Positions 42,935 through 53,647 of a DNA stretch of 64,000 nucleotides are shown here, piece after piece. Where the stretch lies: the NCBI GenBank assembly GCA_963719315.1, contig CAVRBU010000013.1, positions 64,001-128,000 on the forward strand. The letters run 5' to 3'. A program made the position numbers and the translations under genes. Source of the stretch: an uncultured Planctomycetota bacterium (GTDB lineage Bacteria; Planctomycetota; Planctomycetia; Pirellulales; Lacipirellulaceae). The notes under the pieces are model-generated. The model was not told the DNA's origin, did no database searches, and was given only the letters and a program-made list of their open reading frames with translations. Every line of letters starts with the position of its first letter. Position 1 is the stretch's first letter.

Positions 42935-44232
42935 ATGATGAGCGTCCCCCGTTTGGCAAGCTGCTTGTGCTGCTTACTCTGTTTGGAATTGCTGCACGGC
43001 CAATTCTCAACACCCTGTCGGGCCGACCTGTGGGGTTTAAGCACGCTCGCGAATGGAAGCGCCGCGCCAGGCACGGAAGCGAACTACAACAAAGTGTTTC
43101 GCTTCGATGAGCAAGGCAACAAACTTGCCAACGATATCCCGGCCACAAGCGCCGGCTTATTGTTCCCGACTGGTATTGCGGTCTCGCCAAGCGGAAATAT
43201 CTATGTGAGCAGTGCCGGATCGGGCAGCATCCTATTCTATGACGGGCAGACCGGCAGTCCGCTGCCGTCGCCCCAGTCGGGCGGTTCGGCCGGCTTGTTT
43301 GCGTCGCTCGGGGGAGCTTCGCCCGCGCAGCTCGCGTTCGGCCCGGATGACAACTTGTATGTGTCGGAGTACTTTGGAACAACGGTTCGAGTCTACAATC
43401 CCACGACCGGCGCCCAGCTCCCGGATGCCGCAACCGGCCTTACGAGTGCGGGCGGCCTCACCTTCGCCGCTAACGGAGACTTGCTTGTCGGCGATGGGTT
43501 CGCGATGGCGGAAGGTCAGGTCGCCCAGATCGTCCGCGTGCACAACGGCGTGCAATCGACCTGGGGCGAGACCGGCATGGGCTCCTTTTTGCGCCGGCCG
43601 CGATGCTGACTCAAGCGAACGGCGACGTACTGGTTGTCGATTTGCTGGCCAACTATGTCGCCCGAATCGATGACAATGGGATTGCGCAGGCTCCCTTCGC
43701 GTTCATCAACCCGCCTGTGGCGCCGCCGCAAACCAATTATCCATCGGATATCACGTTCGATCCCGACGGCAACATCGTTGTCTCCGTATTGGGTTTAACC
43801 AATCCACCGGATAACCGCGGAACGCTGTGGCGCTACGACTTGAACGGAAACATTATCGACCCGGACAACGACGAAATTCCGAACGAACCGATCGCATCCG
43901 ATCTGGAGCCGATTGCAGGTATCGACTATACGCCGTCGCTGAAAACGTTAGCCGGCGATTTCAACGGCGACAACACGATCGGGTCAAACGACTATGCCAA
44001 ATGGCGGGCCGATTTCGGCAAATTCGTCGCGCGCGGGAACGGCGCCGACGGTAATAATAATGGCGTGATTGATAGCGCCGACTACGTCGTCTGGCGAAAC
44101 GCTTTAACGCTGGGCATAGGGTCCGCTTTGGCCGTCCCCGAACCGAGCACGTTGGCCCTGATATTCGGTTGTTTGGTCGCGACCGAGGCTGCCCGTCGGC
44201 GGCGCTTATTTTCAATCAAAGTGACGAAGTGA
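42935..44232 (+). CDS. Exported beta-propeller (NHL-like) + dockerin-like + PEP-CTERM protein; apparent frameshift near 43590
   Basis: Signal peptide; PTGIAVSPSGNIYVS and LAFGPDDNLYVS repeats; GDFNGD; VPEPST..RRRR; the shift lies in a T run. Confidence 0.82.
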
Positions 44233-44249
44233 GGCAAGGAACAGTTCAC

Positions 44250-45251
44250 ATGGTCGGCCGGTCGCGATTCGTGGCGGCTTTTTCGCTCGTCGAGCTACTG
44301 GTGGTGATCGCGATTATCGGCGCATTGGTCGCACTGTTGATCCCGGCGATCCAGGCCAGCCGCGGGACCGCCGGCCGGGCTTCGTGCGCCAATAATCTCC
44401 GCCAGATAGGGCTCGCCGCGCAAAGCCACGTTTCGGTGCGAGGCCATTTCCCTAGTGGCTCCGTCGCGAAGGAGTTCGCTGCCCAACCGTTTACGGCATG
44501 GACCCTCTACCGCTGGTCGGCACTCGCCCAGCTCTTGCCTTACCTTGAAAACAGCGCGGCATACGGCGCGCTCGACCGGACGGTGCCTCTCTACGGCGCC
44601 GATTTCAAGGTGCGCAAGGAAAACGTGGAGAGCGTCAAGCTCTTGATTGCGGAGTTCCTCTGCCCGGCCGACATCAACCGCCCCGTCTCGCTCGATTTCG
44701 GTCCCACGAACTACGCCATGAACGCCGGCTCCGGCCTCGGCGGCGGCACGCCCCGCGACACCGACGGCGTCTGCTACATGAACTCGCAAGTCACGCCGGC
44801 CAAGATTACCGACGGCCTGAGCAAGACGGCGCTCGCTTCCGAAAGCTTGCTCGGCCAGCCGCAGCAGGGCACGTTTCACGATCCACAAACCGAATACAAA
44901 TTCGCCTTCGCCTCGCCGCTCAACGACACGATTTGCAGCGGCGCCAATCAATGGAACATGAGCGACCCCCGCGGCTTCGCCTGGGTCAACGGCGAGTTCC
45001 GTTGCGCGCTCTACAACCACTATTATGTGCCGAATAGCGCGACGCCCGATTGCATGGGCGTGCAACTCGGCGGCGGTGTGAAATTGCAGTTCTCACCCTA
45101 TGGCTGGCGCGCCGCTCGCAGCGCCCACTCCGGCGGCGTGAATGTGGCGTTCGCCGATGGCTCGCTGCAATTCATTGCCGATGTGGTCGACCTCGATATC
45201 TGGCGGGCCCTGTCGACGATTGCCGGCGGGGAAACAGCAACGGCACCGTGA
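44250..45251 (+). CDS. DUF1559 protein (prepilin-type N-terminus, H-X9-DG motif)
   Basis: AFSLVELLVVIAIIGALVALLIPAIQ, CANNLRQIGLA, ITDGLSKT and SAHSGGVNVAFADGS motifs. Confidence 0.93.
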   Translation: MVGRSRFVAAFSLVELLVVIAIIGALVALLIPAIQASRGTAGRASCANNLRQIGLAAQSHVSVRGHFPSGSVAKEFAAQPFTAWTLYRWSALAQLLPYLENSAAYGALDRTVPLYGADFKVRKENVESVKLLIAEFLCPADINRPVSLDFGPTNYAMNAGSGLGGGTPRDTDGVCYMNSQVTPAKITDGLSKTALASESLLGQPQQGTFHDPQTEYKFAFASPLNDTICSGANQWNMSDPRGFAWVNGEFRCALYNHYYVPNSATPDCMGVQLGGGVKLQFSPYGWRAARSAHSGGVNVAFADGSLQFIADVVDLDIWRALSTIAGGETATAP

Positions 45252-45270
45252 ATGCACGCCCAGTTCGGCG

Positions 45271-45504
45271 TCAGATATACGCGACTTTTTGCGGTGCGTT
45301 TGGAATACCCTGCGGCAAAAAGATGCTATAAGATTCCGTCTCGTCGTCTACGGTTATTAGAAGTTCGGCATGGGAAGGCGGGACGAACTCGCATGTATCT
45401 CGCACCGTAACATTCTTAGGACCGACATGCGAAAGCGTCAGGTCTCGGCCGCCGACTTTCAGCGCTAGCGCAACCTTGGGAGAATACCTGGATTGCGCGA
45501 TCAT
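45271..45504 (-). CDS. Small hypothetical protein
   Basis: 77-aa ORF with beta-strand-like composition. Confidence 0.45.
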   Translation of the reverse strand: MIAQSRYSPKVALALKVGGRDLTLSHVGPKNVTVRDTCEFVPPSHAELLITVDDETESYSIFLPQGIPNAPQKVAYI

Positions 45505-46000
45505 GTCCTACCACCTTTCTCACCTGACGCGTGCTCAGTCCTACGCCGATGCTAACAGAATCCGATTAAATCGTGAAGACCCGTTCGGCTACGGCATGGA
45601 CGGCACGATCTGGCGCACATCGCGTCATTCGGTCGTCACAGCGTTTGAACATGAGAAGAACTTTCGCGACGAGCTCGAGAGTTATCGCCGTTTCGAGGAA
45701 TTCGCGGTTGAATCAATATTGGGATTCGCCGTGCCGGAATTAATTGGGTACCACGATCGGCTCCACGTGCTAGAAATGACGATCGTCTCGCCGCCGTTTC
45801 TGCTCGACTTCGGCAAGGTGTATTTAGACGCGCCGCCGCCATATTGGGATGACGCCGAAATCATGGGCCACTTGCGCGCCGAGGGCAAAGATAACTTCGG
45901 ACCTCGGTGGAACAAAGTTTTGTCGGTCGTGAATGCCCTGCAAAAGTACGGCATTTACTATGTCGATCCGAAGCCGGGAAATATCATGTTTGGCGACTGA
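45503..46000 (+). CDS. Small protein-kinase-fold-like protein
   Basis: FGYGMDGTIW G-loop, VPELIGY, LLDFG and terminal YYVDPKPGNIMF. Confidence 0.6.
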   Translation: MSYHLSHLTRAQSYADANRIRLNREDPFGYGMDGTIWRTSRHSVVTAFEHEKNFRDELESYRRFEEFAVESILGFAVPELIGYHDRLHVLEMTIVSPPFLLDFGKVYLDAPPPYWDDAEIMGHLRAEGKDNFGPRWNKVLSVVNALQKYGIYYVDPKPGNIMFGD

Positions 46001-46018
46001 TCGGTGCGCTCATGCGTC

Positions 46019-46140
46019 GGCGGTGTCCTAATTTGCGGCTCAAAAACCTTGTAGCACGGACTTCAGTCCGTGATTCTCGTACGGACTGAAGTCCGTGCTA
46101 CGAAGTTCCGGTCCGAACGGCGCCAAATTAGGACACCACC
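46019..46140. mobile_element. MITE-like element B, copy 2
   Basis: TIRs GGCGGTGTCCTAATTTG / CAAATTAGGACACCACC; same internal REP doublet as 42645-42767. Confidence 0.72.
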
Positions 46141-46190
46141 GGAAGTTTGACGATCTGTTTAACGAAGTGTCGGCGCGATATCTTTAGGGC

Positions 46191-46703
46191 ATGGAAGCCA
46201 AGTCGCCTTTACGTTTCCGCAAGCTGCGAATCGCGTGGTCGGTGGCGTGGGGTCTCGCGTGCGTGCTGTTGATTGTGTTGTGGGTGCGAAGTTACATGCA
46301 GTGGGATCGCATCGTAATTCGTCTATGCGGCAAACATGGCGTTCAAATCAGTCATGTGGCAGGTCAATCACGATTGACTGTCTTCAAAGTGCATCGGCAA
46401 AGTTTTTGGCAGGCTTTTTGGCAACCGGACGATACGCGGTATTGGTACGAAAAGAAGTCCGTTGAGGAATGGAGAATGACTTCCTATCCGGGAAACATCA
46501 GTACGAGCCCCAGTTTCCTCATAGCACAGGTCCCAGCCGGTTGGGGTTGGACTCTAAGGTCGCCTTATTGGTTCATCGTGTCGTTGGTGAGTATGTTAGC
46601 AATTGCGCCGTGGATACGCTGGCGTTTTACCCTCCGCACTCTTCTAATCGCTACGACGCTAATCTCGGTGGGGCTTGGAACCATCGTCCTGCTAAGCCGG
46701 TAG
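46191..46703 (+). CDS. Planctomycete membrane protein (RFxLRTLLIATT family)
   Basis: LIVLWVRSY, PYW and RFTLRTLLIATTL segments. Confidence 0.7.
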   Translation: MEAKSPLRFRKLRIAWSVAWGLACVLLIVLWVRSYMQWDRIVIRLCGKHGVQISHVAGQSRLTVFKVHRQSFWQAFWQPDDTRYWYEKKSVEEWRMTSYPGNISTSPSFLIAQVPAGWGWTLRSPYWFIVSLVSMLAIAPWIRWRFTLRTLLIATTLISVGLGTIVLLSR

Positions 46704-46707
46704 AACT

Positions 46708-47171
46708 ATGCAAAAGTTCCTAAGTTACCTACGAATCACGTGGTCGCTATGGTGGGGACTACTCGCCTTGTTGCTGATTGTGTTGTGCGTGAGGAGTTAC
46801 TGGGTATCCGATATTGTTGTGCTGACTACGCCCACTTGCGATGCCAAAGCAGATTCCGCCAGCGGTGGAACAAACATCTCGGTCTTCGTAGATTCCGAAA
46901 GAGAAGTGGCCACTGAATGGATTCGAAAGAGCTACGGACACAACGCGGAGATGCAGCCACCTAACGCTTTCTGGGAATTCGGAATTCGGAATTCGGAATT
47001 CACGCCACACGCCACGGACTAGATGTATCGCTGCCACACTGGTTCTACATATTGTTAACGAGTCTCATTGCTACTGCCGTATGGATTAAACGTTTCAGCC
47101 TCCGCACACTGCTAATCGCCACGACGCTGGTTGCGGTGGCGCTGGGTATGATCGTGTGGGCCAGCCGGTGA
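46708..47171 (+). pseudogene. Paralog of the preceding gene, frameshifted at (GGAATTC)4
   Basis: N-terminal LIVLCVRSY; C-terminal PHW..RFSLRTLLIATTLVAV lies in another frame. Confidence 0.7.
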
Positions 47172-47312
47172 CCGAACAAGCGTCATTTTTCTGGCGGGTC
47201 AAACTGTACCGCTACCCATACTTCCTTGCACTTGACGAGGCCGAGTGTCTCATCGTAGGCTGGTGGATTCTCGAAATGACGATAGATTTCAGATTGCTCG
47301 ACAGGTGTCTCC

Positions 47313-47489
47313 ATGGCCGTACCCAAACGCAAACAATCGAACTCGCGAACTGGCATGCGTCGCTCGCACCACGGGTTGACCGCCAAGCAACTGCAGGCCT
47401 GCCCGAAGTGTGGCACGATGAAGCCGTCGCATGTGATTTGCCCGAATTGTGGCCAATACGCGGGCCGTGCGATTGTCGAAACGGAGTGA
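47313..47489 (+). CDS. rpmF: 50S ribosomal protein L32
   Basis: MAVPKRKQSNSRTGMRRSH..CPKCG..HVICPNCG; below the ORF-track cutoff; upstream of fabD. Confidence 0.95.
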   Translation: MAVPKRKQSNSRTGMRRSHHGLTAKQLQACPKCGTMKPSHVICPNCGQYAGRAIVETE

Positions 47490-47681
47490 AGGCCCGAAAG
47501 GCCGTAGTGTGATAAGCCCAGGGGCGCAGCCCTGGGATGACGCCACGCCGAAAAGTGAAGCCCTGAAAGGGCGGGATAGAACGTCCAGATATCCGGCCCT
47601 TACAGGGCTCCATCGATTTTTGTGGACCGTGTTCCCAGGGCTTCGCCCTGGGCTATCGTATTTGTGCCCTTCGGGCCCTTT
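47488..47681. repeat. Multi-hairpin REP-like cluster
   Basis: GGCCCGAAAGGCC, CCCAGGG..CCCTGGG twice, and AGCCCTGAAAGGGC / GCCCTTACAGGGCT arranged symmetrically. Confidence 0.65.
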
Positions 47682-47687
47682 CAGATC

Positions 47688-48611
47688 ATGTCCACCGATT
47701 CGGCGAAGGTCGCGTTTCTCTTCCCGGGCCAGGGCGCTCAATCCGTCGGAATGGGCGCCACGGTGTGCGCGAAAGTCCCCGCGGCCAAGGCGCTATTTGA
47801 TCGTGCGGCGGCTGTGCTCGGTTACGACTTGTATGAGTTGTGTACCGAAGGACCGGCGGCCGAATTGGATTCGACCGTGTACAGCCAGCCGGCGCTGTAT
47901 GTTGCGAGTCTCGCGGCACTCGAACAATTGAAGCAAGACGCGCCCGAATTGGTCAGCGGCTGCGCTGCGGCGGCGGGGTTGAGCTTGGGCGAGTACACGG
48001 CGCTGGTGTTCGCCGGCGTAATGGATTTCGAACCCGGCCTGCGCGTCGTGCAGGAGCGCGGCCGCGCGATGCAGGATGCGGCCGACGCCGCGTCCAGCGG
48101 CATGGTAAGTATCTTGGGCATGGAACGCGAGCAAATTGACTCGCTTTCTTCCGAAGCGCGCGGCGGCGAAGTTTTGGAAGTGGCCAACCTGCTGTGCCCC
48201 GGCAACATCGTCGTCTCCGGTCATACGCCGGCGTGCGAACGCATCGCCGACTTGGCCACGGCGGCGGGCGCGATGAAGGTGATCCCCCTGGCGGTGGCTG
48301 GCGCTTTTCATACGTCGCTGATGCAATCGGCCGTCGAACGGCTACGCAAAGCGCTGGCCGACGTGCCGATGAAGAAGCCGCGAATTCCGGTAGTTTCCAA
48401 CGTGGATGCCCGACCGCACGACGACCCCGACGAAATCCGCGAACTCCTGATCCGGCAAGTCTGTTCGCAAGTCCGGTGGGAAGACTCGATGCGTTACTTG
48501 CTTGAAGAGCAGCAAATCACCCAATTTTACGAACTCGGCCCCGGCCGCGTGTTGTGCGGCTTGCTGAAACGTATCGCCCGCAAAGTGCCGTGCGAAAACA
48601 TCGCGGCGTAA
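47688..48611 (+). CDS. fabD: Malonyl-CoA:ACP transacylase
   Basis: FPGQGAQ, GLSLGEY, AFHT and VRWE motifs. Confidence 0.95.
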   Translation: MSTDSAKVAFLFPGQGAQSVGMGATVCAKVPAAKALFDRAAAVLGYDLYELCTEGPAAELDSTVYSQPALYVASLAALEQLKQDAPELVSGCAAAAGLSLGEYTALVFAGVMDFEPGLRVVQERGRAMQDAADAASSGMVSILGMEREQIDSLSSEARGGEVLEVANLLCPGNIVVSGHTPACERIADLATAAGAMKVIPLAVAGAFHTSLMQSAVERLRKALADVPMKKPRIPVVSNVDARPHDDPDEIRELLIRQVCSQVRWEDSMRYLLEEQQITQFYELGPGRVLCGLLKRIARKVPCENIAA

Positions 48612-48640
48612 GCATCCTTACCCCCTACAAAGACTTTATG

Positions 48641-48797
48641 AACCACGGAGGCACGGAGAACACGAAGACGACAAGGCAGATTTGTCATTGCAAATTTGTC
48701 ATTTGTCATTGGCCATTTCTGAAATGACCAATTTCAAATTACAAATTACCAATGACAAATTTCTTCTTAACTTTGTGTCCTCCGTGCCTCCGTGGTT
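48641..48797. repeat. Inverted-repeat element with nested AT-rich heptamer repeats
   Basis: AACCACGGAGGCACGGAG...CTCCGTGCCTCCGTGGTT enclosing TTGTCAT/ATGACAA units. Confidence 0.7.
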
Positions 48798-48804
48798 AAT
48801 TCCT

Positions 48805-49593
48805 ATGTCCGGAAGCACCAAAATGGCAGATGAAAAGAACCGGCGGATACAAGTTGATTTGAGTGATAAGACGGCGATCGTCACGGGCGCCTCACGCGGG
48901 ATCGGCAAAGCAATCGCGTTGCGGCTGGCGGCGGCCGGCGCTAAGGTGGCTTGTGTTGCGCGGAGTGCCGACAAGCTTAAAGAAGTCGCTGATGCAATCG
49001 CGGCGGCCGGCGGCGCGGCTGAGGTGCATCCGTGCGATGTAACGAACAGCGCGGCAGTGACCAAGTTGGTTGAAGACCTCGCTGAGAAATGGGGCGGCAT
49101 TGATATCGTCGTCAACAATGCCGGTATCACCAAGGATACGCTCATCCCACGCATGGATGATGAGCAGTGGGACGCGGTGATTGCGACTAACCTGCGGAGC
49201 GTGTTCCTGTTCGTGCGGGCGGCGTCGCTCGTGATGATGCGGAAGCGATCCGGCCGGATCATCAATATTTCGAGCGTCTCGGGCCTGATGGGCAACCCGG
49301 GGCAGGCGAACTATTCGGCGTCGAAAGCCGGCGTTATCGGTCTGACGCGCACGGTGGCACAAGAGTTGGCCAGCCGGAAAGTGACGGTGAACGCCATTTG
49401 CCCGGGGTTCATCGCCAGTGAAATGACGGCGGCCATGGGGGCGGCGCTCGACGAGTTCGTCAAAACACGGATTCCGGCCAAACGGCTGGGCGAGGCCGAC
49501 GAAGTGGCGGATGCCGTGCTGTACCTGGCAAGCGATTCGGCGGCCTATATCACGGGTGAAGTGATCACGATTGACGGCGGTTTGACGCCGTAG
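48805..49593 (+). CDS. fabG: 3-oxoacyl-ACP reductase
   Basis: TGASRGIG, NNAGITKD and GQANYSASK motifs; follows fabD. Confidence 0.93.
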   Translation: MSGSTKMADEKNRRIQVDLSDKTAIVTGASRGIGKAIALRLAAAGAKVACVARSADKLKEVADAIAAAGGAAEVHPCDVTNSAAVTKLVEDLAEKWGGIDIVVNNAGITKDTLIPRMDDEQWDAVIATNLRSVFLFVRAASLVMMRKRSGRIINISSVSGLMGNPGQANYSASKAGVIGLTRTVAQELASRKVTVNAICPGFIASEMTAAMGAALDEFVKTRIPAKRLGEADEVADAVLYLASDSAAYITGEVITIDGGLTP

Positions 49594-49811
49594 AAGCGGG
49601 AAGCAGGGTGCTTGGAGTAAGAAATTTCGGTTGTCCGAAGCCTTACTCCCCTGCTACTCGGCACGCTAGCACTGCTCGGCTTCAGCTTTCGCTCTTAAGC
49701 TTTGTTTGATACACTGCCGAGCCGCTAATAATTGGGTTTCAAGAAGAAACCGTTACGCCGTCTTACGGCACCGGTCGGCCCAACGCCGACCGCGCGACAA
49801 GGAGGTCGCAC

Positions 49812-51437
49812 GTGCTCTTTTCGCACTGGCCAATTCGCCGAAAGCTGCAACTTGGGCTGGGGCTGCTCGCAGCTTCGGTCCTCGCGCTTTTCGGCAGCGC
49901 AGCGTATGGCTTGTACGCCTACCGCGGGCTGGTGAAAAGCGTTAGCGTGCGCTCGGCCGAGCTTCCGCTGGCCGACAAGCTTCGCGACGATGTCGCCGAC
50001 TTGCATGAGATTCTCAAGCAAGTAGTCGATCGGCAGAATCTCGATGACACGTTCGGCGCCAAAACTGCCGATGGTTTCGGGCTACGGGAATCTTTTCGTG
50101 CAAAGCTCGACCTGTTCTGCCAGGCGCTTCGCAACTATCGCGAGCAATTGGATTCCAACCGGCTTCGCTCAGACATCTCGATCGGCGATGACAGCTTGGA
50201 ACAAAAGACGCTGGCCAAGATCGATCCGGTGCTCGCCCGCATCCAACAATATGACAGCGATGACAGCCCGGACTGGGTATTGGACAATAAGGAAGTAGTT
50301 AGCCAGTTGGGAGTGGATGTCAATCGGCTGCGGGATTTGGCTGCTGAGTTGCCGAGCTATTTGCATGATCGGTTCCGCCTCTTGGCGTCTGAGGTTCGCA
50401 ACGAGTACCGCTTTGCCATCGGCCTGGCGTGGACGACGGCGGCGATCACTACCATTTTGCTGATTGCCGCGGTTCAGTTGTTCCGCAAGTGGATCGCCGG
50501 ACCGCTTTCCACGCTCGTGCAAGGTTCGCGCAAAGTCGCCGCCGGCCAATTCGACCACCGCATCCGTTTGGATAGCGACGATGAAATGCGCGAATTGGCC
50601 GAGTCGATGAACGCCATGACGGCCCGATTTCAGGAGATTCGCGATGACCTGGATTGCCAGGTTCGCGAGCGTACTAAGCAAGTGGTTCGCAGCGAGCAAT
50701 TGGCGAGCGTCGGATTTCTGGCCGCCGGCGTGGCCCACGAAATCAACAACCCGCTGGCATCGATCGCCATGTGCAGCGAGTCGCTCGAAAGCCGTTTGAC
50801 CGAGTTGCTGAACGACGCCGGCGGCAAGCACGCCGCCGATCGCGAGGTTGTTCGCAATTATCTCGAGATGATCCAGAAGGAAGCCTTTCGCTGCAAACAG
50901 ATAACCGAGAAGCTGCTGGACTTCTCCCGCATGGGCGATCCCGAGCGACAAAATACGGATCTTCGCGAGCTGGCCGAGGGCGTGATCGACATGATTCGCC
51001 ACCTGGGCAAGTATCAGAACAAGAACGTGGTGCTCAGCGATGGCGGTCCGGTCATTGCAGAAATCTGCCCGCAAGAAATGAAGCAGGTCGTATTAAATCT
51101 CATCACGAACGCGCTCGATAGCGTGGAGTCGGGCGGCACGGTCCAAATCGTGGTCGCTACTCGCGGCGCCGATGCAATTCTGATTGTCAAGGACGACGGC
51201 TGCGGCATGTCGGACGAAGTGATGCAGCACCTGTTCGAGCCGTTCTTTACGCGCCGCCGAGGAGGGCAGGGGACTGGCCTCGGCCTGTCGATTACGTATC
51301 GAATTGTCGAGGAGCACAACGGCCAGATCGTGCCCCACAGCGATGGCCCCGGCAAAGGTTCGAAGTTCACTGTGTTGCTGCCCCTCCGTCATGCGGCAAC
51401 TCGGCAACGGCAAAAGGCAGCATTGAGCGCCGCTTAA
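49812..51437 (+). CDS. Membrane sensor histidine kinase (HAMP-HisKA-HATPase)
   Basis: Two TM segments; AHEINNPL, NALD, DDGCG, FEPFFT and GTGLGL motifs. Confidence 0.93.
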   Translation: MLFSHWPIRRKLQLGLGLLAASVLALFGSAAYGLYAYRGLVKSVSVRSAELPLADKLRDDVADLHEILKQVVDRQNLDDTFGAKTADGFGLRESFRAKLDLFCQALRNYREQLDSNRLRSDISIGDDSLEQKTLAKIDPVLARIQQYDSDDSPDWVLDNKEVVSQLGVDVNRLRDLAAELPSYLHDRFRLLASEVRNEYRFAIGLAWTTAAITTILLIAAVQLFRKWIAGPLSTLVQGSRKVAAGQFDHRIRLDSDDEMRELAESMNAMTARFQEIRDDLDCQVRERTKQVVRSEQLASVGFLAAGVAHEINNPLASIAMCSESLESRLTELLNDAGGKHAADREVVRNYLEMIQKEAFRCKQITEKLLDFSRMGDPERQNTDLRELAEGVIDMIRHLGKYQNKNVVLSDGGPVIAEICPQEMKQVVLNLITNALDSVESGGTVQIVVATRGADAILIVKDDGCGMSDEVMQHLFEPFFTRRRGGQGTGLGLSITYRIVEEHNGQIVPHSDGPGKGSKFTVLLPLRHAATRQRQKAALSAA

Positions 51438-51485
51438 TCTCCAATTTGCAAATCTTTTCCCCGTCAAAACTGATGAGTTCACGCA

Positions 51486-52895
51486 ATGACTAACAGCAAA
51501 TCGCCGACGAACGCCGAAAATCACCACGAACCGAAAGGCCTTGCGATATTGTTCGCAGACGATGAGCGTTCCCTGCAAGAGCTGATGAAGCTCGAAATTC
51601 CACGGATGGGCCACCGCGTTACCGTGTGTCCAGACGGTCTTACGGCAGCGGCCGCACTGGAAAAGGACGCGTTCGACTGTTTGCTTGTAGACCTCGATAT
51701 GCCGGGCCTGAATGGTATCGATGTTATCGCCAAGGCACGGGAACTTTGTCCGGACGCCGAAGCCGTTGTTCTCACAGGTAAGTCGTCGCTTGAAACGGCG
51801 ATCGCCGCCCTCCGGCACGGCGCATTCGATTATCTCACGAAGCCCTGCAAGTTGGTCGAAATCGAAGCCCTCATGCGCCGCGTCCAGGATAAGCGGCGGC
51901 TGACGCAACAGTATCGCGCACTCAAGCGACGGCTGGAACGCATCGAAGGCTCTCCACAATTAGTCGGCGCGTCGGCCGGCATGGACCGCGTCCGCACACT
52001 GATTTCGAAAGTCGCTCCGAAGCCATCGACCGTACTCATACTTGGCGAAACGGGCACAGGCAAGGAATTGGTCGCCCGAGCCGTTCACGATCAAAGTCCG
52101 CGCGCCAGTGAACCGTTTGTCGCGATTAACTGTGGCGCGTTGCCGGAATCGCTCATCGAAAGTGAACTATTTGGCCATAAGAAAGGCGCGTTCACAGGCG
52201 CCGACGAACACCGAATTGGTCTGTTCGAAGTGGCGAACGGCGGTACTATCTTTCTCGATGAAATCGGTGAGCTGCCCAAGACGATGCAGGCCAAATTGCT
52301 TCGCGTGCTCGAAAGCCGCGAGATTCGTCGCGTGGGCGAGAATCGGGCCACTACAGTGGATGTCCGCGTCGTGTGTGCGACGCATCGCGATCTGCCGGAA
52401 ATGGTGGCGACCGGCGACTTTCGTGAAGATCTCATGTATCGTATCAACACGTTCGAGATATTCCTGCCGCCGCTGCGCGATCGGATGGAAGATATTGCCG
52501 AATTGGCCGAGCATTTGCTCAATCGGTTCCGTGGCAAAGCAAGCGCAGGCAAGCGGCACATTACCGATGATGCAATCGAGTTGTTGAGATCGCATGTGTG
52601 GCCCGGCAATGTCCGCGAATTGGCCAATGTTATCGAACACGCCACGATACTTTGTGACGATGGCCCAATCACGGCAGACTACTTGCCGGCCCAATTCAAC
52701 CGCCGTCAATTAACCGGAGCAGCCGCGAACAACCCTGGCCCGATCTCGCTCCGCGACCTCGAAATGCAGGCGATCTACCAAGCTCTGGAGCGTAACTCTG
52801 GCAACAAGCCAAAAGCGGCCGATGAGCTCGGTATCAGCCTCAAGACGCTGTACAACAAGCTCAACACCGCTAGTGAGCTGGAAAAATCGGCGTAG
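51486..52895 (+). CDS. Sigma54-dependent response regulator (NtrC family)
   Basis: Receiver [29 protein letters not shown] and HTH motifs. Confidence 0.95.
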   Translation: MTNSKSPTNAENHHEPKGLAILFADDERSLQELMKLEIPRMGHRVTVCPDGLTAAAALEKDAFDCLLVDLDMPGLNGIDVIAKARELCPDAEAVVLTGKSSLETAIAALRHGAFDYLTKPCKLVEIEALMRRVQDKRRLTQQYRALKRRLERIEGSPQLVGASAGMDRVRTLISKVAPKPSTVLILGETGTGKELVARAVHDQSPRASEPFVAINCGALPESLIESELFGHKKGAFTGADEHRIGLFEVANGGTIFLDEIGELPKTMQAKLLRVLESREIRRVGENRATTVDVRVVCATHRDLPEMVATGDFREDLMYRINTFEIFLPPLRDRMEDIAELAEHLLNRFRGKASAGKRHITDDAIELLRSHVWPGNVRELANVIEHATILCDDGPITADYLPAQFNRRQLTGAAANNPGPISLRDLEMQAIYQALERNSGNKPKAADELGISLKTLYNKLNTASELEKSA

Positions 52896-53245
52896 CGTGG
52901 CCGGCTCGCCCGCGAGTCGAATTCCTATCGCGGAGCGAGAGGCCCACGCTGCCCACAAATCCGCTATAACGTGCACCACCAGCACGATTAGGTTCTAAGC
53001 AACCGCACGGCGGCACTCTGCCCCTGTGTCGCCGGCCATACCACATGCAACGGCCCCGAGCGCGATCTAAACTTCTATTGTCGGCGGTTATGGCCGCACT
53101 TTGGGACCATTGCGCCCACGGCATTCGATGACAACCACATGGAGACCAATCAGTTGGCCTGTTTTGAACCGGCTCAACTCTGCACGCTGCGCTTGACTAA
53201 AGCCGATGCAGCGGCTGGAACCTGATTTGAGGGAGAGTTTGTCGA

Positions 53246-53647
53246 ATGGCGGATATCAGCCATGACCGAGGCTTGATGGAACTCGCTTGGGACAAGGTGG
53301 AGCTCAAGCCCAACTTGCCCGACGAGATGAATGACTTTTTCGATCAACACGGCACGCTCCAATCGCGGCCGGGGTGCCGCCGCGCGTACCTGCGCTTTTA
53401 CTTACGGAGTAAAGCCATTCTGCAAAGGCAGGACGAGTATCTGGGCGTGTACACGGCCGACGCCTCGCGGCAAGGGGTTTGCTTCCTCTCGCCTGTGCAA
53501 TTGCTTCCCAAAGAACGCTGCCGCATTCGCTTGCCGAAGACCAAAGATTTTCAGATCGAAATAGTTCGCTGCCGCCGAATCGCCAACGGCTGTTACGAGT
53601 GCGGCGCGATGTTTGTATTGGGAACGGCGCCAACCCTTGTGAACTAA
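53246..53647 (+). CDS. PilZ-domain-like protein
   Basis: RRAYLR (RxxxR) and DASRQG (DxSxxG) motifs. Confidence 0.7.
   Translation: MADISHDRGLMELAWDKVELKPNLPDEMNDFFDQHGTLQSRPGCRRAYLRFYLRSKAILQRQDEYLGVYTADASRQGVCFLSPVQLLPKERCRIRLPKTKDFQIEIVRCRRIANGCYECGAMFVLGTAPTLVN

Noticed and set aside
47175..47270. RVKLYRYPYF fragment resembling a RelE/ParE toxin remnant
   Set aside because: Too short to support a call.
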